18,311 bases of DNA, from assembly GCA_048882385.1 (NCBI GenBank), contig JBHLRQ010000064.1, positions 1-18,311 of the forward strand, given 5' to 3'. Below are positions 16,144 to 18,311 of the stretch, piece after piece. This DNA is from Candidatus Thorarchaeota archaeon (GTDB lineage: Archaea; Asgardarchaeota; Thorarchaeia; Thorarchaeales; Thorarchaeaceae). A program made the translations under genes and the position numbers. The notes under the pieces are model-generated. The model searched no databases. It was not told the origin of the DNA and saw only the letters and a list, made by a program, of their open reading frames with translations. The stretch's first letter is position 1. Every line of letters starts with the position of its first letter.

Positions 16144-17883
16144 TCATCCAGAGGTAAGTAGCATAGTTGAAACTGCTACTCGAAGATCATCATCTGCCAC
16201 AAACCCTGCTAGGCGTTCTTTGCCAAGATGAATTGTAGGTAGTGCAGGTAAATCATCTTCTGTCACATCAGAATTGGGATCATCAACATTCCTTAGCTCA
16301 ATTACTGACTGGCTTATCCCCAATTCCCTTAGAATCATTGTCAGGGAATCATAGACTGGTCCACAAAAGACACAGTGGTCTGATTTATAGAAGACTATTG
16401 GCGGAACTTTTAGCTGCTCCTTCCACGCAGGAATAAGAAGAACAAACTTACTTCCCTTTGAAGGATCGGATTTGATTCTGTTCTCGACCCACACCCTCCC
16501 TCCAAGATCCTCAATATATCGGTCCACTACTGTAAGCCCAAGTCCCTTTCCAGCAAACTGCTCTTCAGGACCTCCGGTTCTTCTGAATATTTGGTCCTTA
16601 AGTTCATCCGGAATGGCTGGACCATAATCTAGAAACTCAATACGAACCATGTCACCATCTTCAGTCATATCAGCGTTGATGTCGATCCTGACTGTTGAAC
16701 TTGAATCTGCACTTGCTGAATAGTGAATTATATTGAAAAATAAATACCAAAGGAAAGCATGGCCCACAACATCAAATGATTGCTCGGAAATATTCGAATT
16801 AATTTCGAGAGTCTTCCATTCAAAATCACGAGTGGCTTCACGTACAGCTTTATTGAAGTGAGGTTGGAGGCGAGTCAAAACCTTGTCAGGGGGATTTTGT
16901 CCCAATGAAATTAGGACACCCATATTTGCTATCATCCTACCCGCACTACGAACACTCCATGCAGTCTCACTGACAACTCCCTGAAGACGCTCAGGTAGGT
17001 CAAGTGAGATACTCAGATCCTCCATTGCAAAGAGCACATTCTGATTTGTCATGTTCAAATCACTGCTCATTACTTCCATGTACAGATTCGCTCTTTGACT
17101 TTCTACTCGCAGTCTCTCCTCGAAGTTACGTCTACTCGTTACATCAAAGGCAGTAATGCCTATTTCATCAGGTTTCTCAGTCCCAGAAACAAGAGCGCGT
17201 GAAGAAATGTTAACCCAGATTAGTTTCCCGTCACTACGCTTCATCTGAATCTCAAGCCCCGTAACTGGATTACCACGAAGAACCTCTTTTACAATATCGG
17301 CACCTGGATCATAGCGTGGTTCAGGTTCAGGGAGATACATGGAGAGTGACTGACCTATGAGACTATCTGCTTCACTTCCAAGCAAATTCTCAGCTGCTTC
17401 ATTCACCTGCTCTATCATACCATTTCGATTAAGTGTGAAATATGCGACCGGAGACATATCGTATAGTGTGGCAAAACGGTTTTCCAATTCAGAAACGGCG
17501 GCCTCTAGTTCCATCTGAGAAGTGACATTCCTGATCGTTGCAATGACAGCTGGTTCTCCTTCAAGCTCAATTTTAGTTGGAGTTATTTCTACATGCAGAA
17601 CGTTGCCATCCTTGGCAGCAAGACGTGTGATAAACCGTTCAGGATTGCTTCCTCTAACAAGAGCTTCAATTAGATCCTTGTCACGATTTTGTGATTTTCG
17701 GTCAACAAGGTCTTCGAATCCTGTGTCCAACAAACCATCTCGTTCATAGCCTAACATGTCTGAAAAAGCACTGTTAGTCAAGATGATGTCTTCATCCTGA
17801 ATAACAACAAACCCATCACGCACTACTTCCATCACTTTGTGTAGCCATGAAGAGTTTGCTTTTTTGTCTGTCACAGACCGCAC
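16144..17883 (-). CDS. 2xPAS + degenerate HisKA (His to Ser) + degenerate HATPase + C-terminal CxxC thioredoxin-like domain
   Basis: Two PAS domains, H-box position MSSDL, N-box NIIHYSA, G1 DYGPA and G2 GKGLGL. Tail VFYKSDHCVFCGPV...LPALPTI is thioredoxin/glutaredoxin-like. Confidence 0.88.
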   Translation of the reverse strand: MRSVTDKKANSSWLHKVMEVVRDGFVVIQDEDIILTNSAFSDMLGYERDGLLDTGFEDLVDRKSQNRDKDLIEALVRGSNPERFITRLAAKDGNVLHVEITPTKIELEGEPAVIATIRNVTSQMELEAAVSELENRFATLYDMSPVAYFTLNRNGMIEQVNEAAENLLGSEADSLIGQSLSMYLPEPEPRYDPGADIVKEVLRGNPVTGLEIQMKRSDGKLIWVNISSRALVSGTEKPDEIGITAFDVTSRRNFEERLRVESQRANLYMEVMSSDLNMTNQNVLFAMEDLSISLDLPERLQGVVSETAWSVRSAGRMIANMGVLISLGQNPPDKVLTRLQPHFNKAVREATRDFEWKTLEINSNISEQSFDVVGHAFLWYLFFNIIHYSASADSSSTVRIDINADMTEDGDMVRIEFLDYGPAIPDELKDQIFRRTGGPEEQFAGKGLGLTVVDRYIEDLGGRVWVENRIKSDPSKGSKFVLLIPAWKEQLKVPPIVFYKSDHCVFCGPVYDSLTMILRELGISQSVIELRNVDDPNSDVTEDDLPALPTIHLGKERLAGFVADDDLRVAVSTMLLTSG

Positions 17884-17979
17884 CTGTGTTTATACTCTTT
17901 CACAAAGTCATACATAAGTAAATGTATCGAGTCTTCAATTCGATTTTTAAGAAAACTGGAGCAGATTTAGTCATTGTGA

Positions 17980-18311
17980 ATGGTGTTCATAATGCAATAC
18001 GAGTGTGTTAAAGCAAAATCCTTGCTCTCGAAGCCACACGTCGCAGATAGTTGGTTTCACATGAACAGGAGTTTGAATGCATATCGTGGTTGTGAACATG
18101 GCTGCGTCTACTGTGATGGGAATTCGGAGTATTACCATGTAGACAACTTCTACTCTCGTGTTAGAGCAAAAGAAAATGCTGCTCAAGTTCTTCGAAAGGA
18201 ACTGAAAAAGTTAGGTTTTACATCCAAGAGCGAGCTCGAAACGGAAACACTCTGGTCTTTTCTAGACAAAGAAGACGCTAGAAGAATAGCTGAAAAAGTC
18301 CCTAGAAAAAT
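17980..18311 (+). CDS. Radical SAM protein, spore photoproduct lyase-like (SplB/Rv2578c-type); truncated by the window end
   Basis: Manual translation gives MVFIMQYECVKAKSLLSKPHVADSWFHMNRSLNAYRGCEHGCVYCDGNSEYY...RAKENAAQVLRKEL. CxxxCxxC lies at 18091-18114 and the frame is open to the window end. Start is ATG 17980 or 17992. Not in the supplied ORF track. Confidence 0.88.
   Translation, partial: MVFIMQYECVKAKSLLSKPHVADSWFHMNRSLNAYRGCEHGCVYCDGNSEYYHVDNFYSRVRAKENAAQVLRKELKKLGFTSKSELETETLWSFLDKEDARRIAEKVPRK

Noticed and set aside
85-17883. Selenocysteine or pyrrolysine read-through at TGA/TAG stops
   Set aside because: At the stops I examined, read-through either hits another stop quickly or runs into a convergent gene, and most proteins are already complete at the stop.
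17971-18186. 71 aa minus-strand ORF in the track
   Set aside because: It is the antisense shadow of the plus-strand radical SAM gene.
4910-18311. Shared damage-inducible operator upstream of sfsA, dinB and the radical SAM gene
   Set aside because: Comparing the upstream regions by eye showed only short, weak matches such as ATGGAGA and AACTGG, with no convincing common palindrome.

Overview
An AT-rich, gene-dense prokaryotic window, most likely archaeal. The archaeal call rests on a PCNA PIP-box at the DinB C-terminus and a GGTGA-type Shine-Dalgarno; soluble multi-PAS kinases suggest an Asgard/Thorarchaeota-like source, but that is inference only. In order it encodes: an SmtB/ArsR repressor with a CzrA/SmtB-type operator and a P1B-2 Zn/Cd ATPase; an ABC exporter pair; SfsA; a REC-DHp protein with no ATPase domain; DinB; a 4xPAS histidine kinase; a serine racemase/dehydratase-family PLP enzyme; a PNPOx/Nim-like protein; an ACT protein; a nitroreductase; an orphan EutA; an unknown multi-pass membrane protein; MscS; a 2xPAS His-less pseudokinase fused to a CxxC thioredoxin-like domain; and the 5' part of an SplB-like radical SAM gene missing from the ORF track. 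The most unusual content is the set of non-canonical two-component proteins, especially the PAS-pseudokinase-thioredoxin fusion. I saw no RNA genes, CRISPR arrays or mobile elements.
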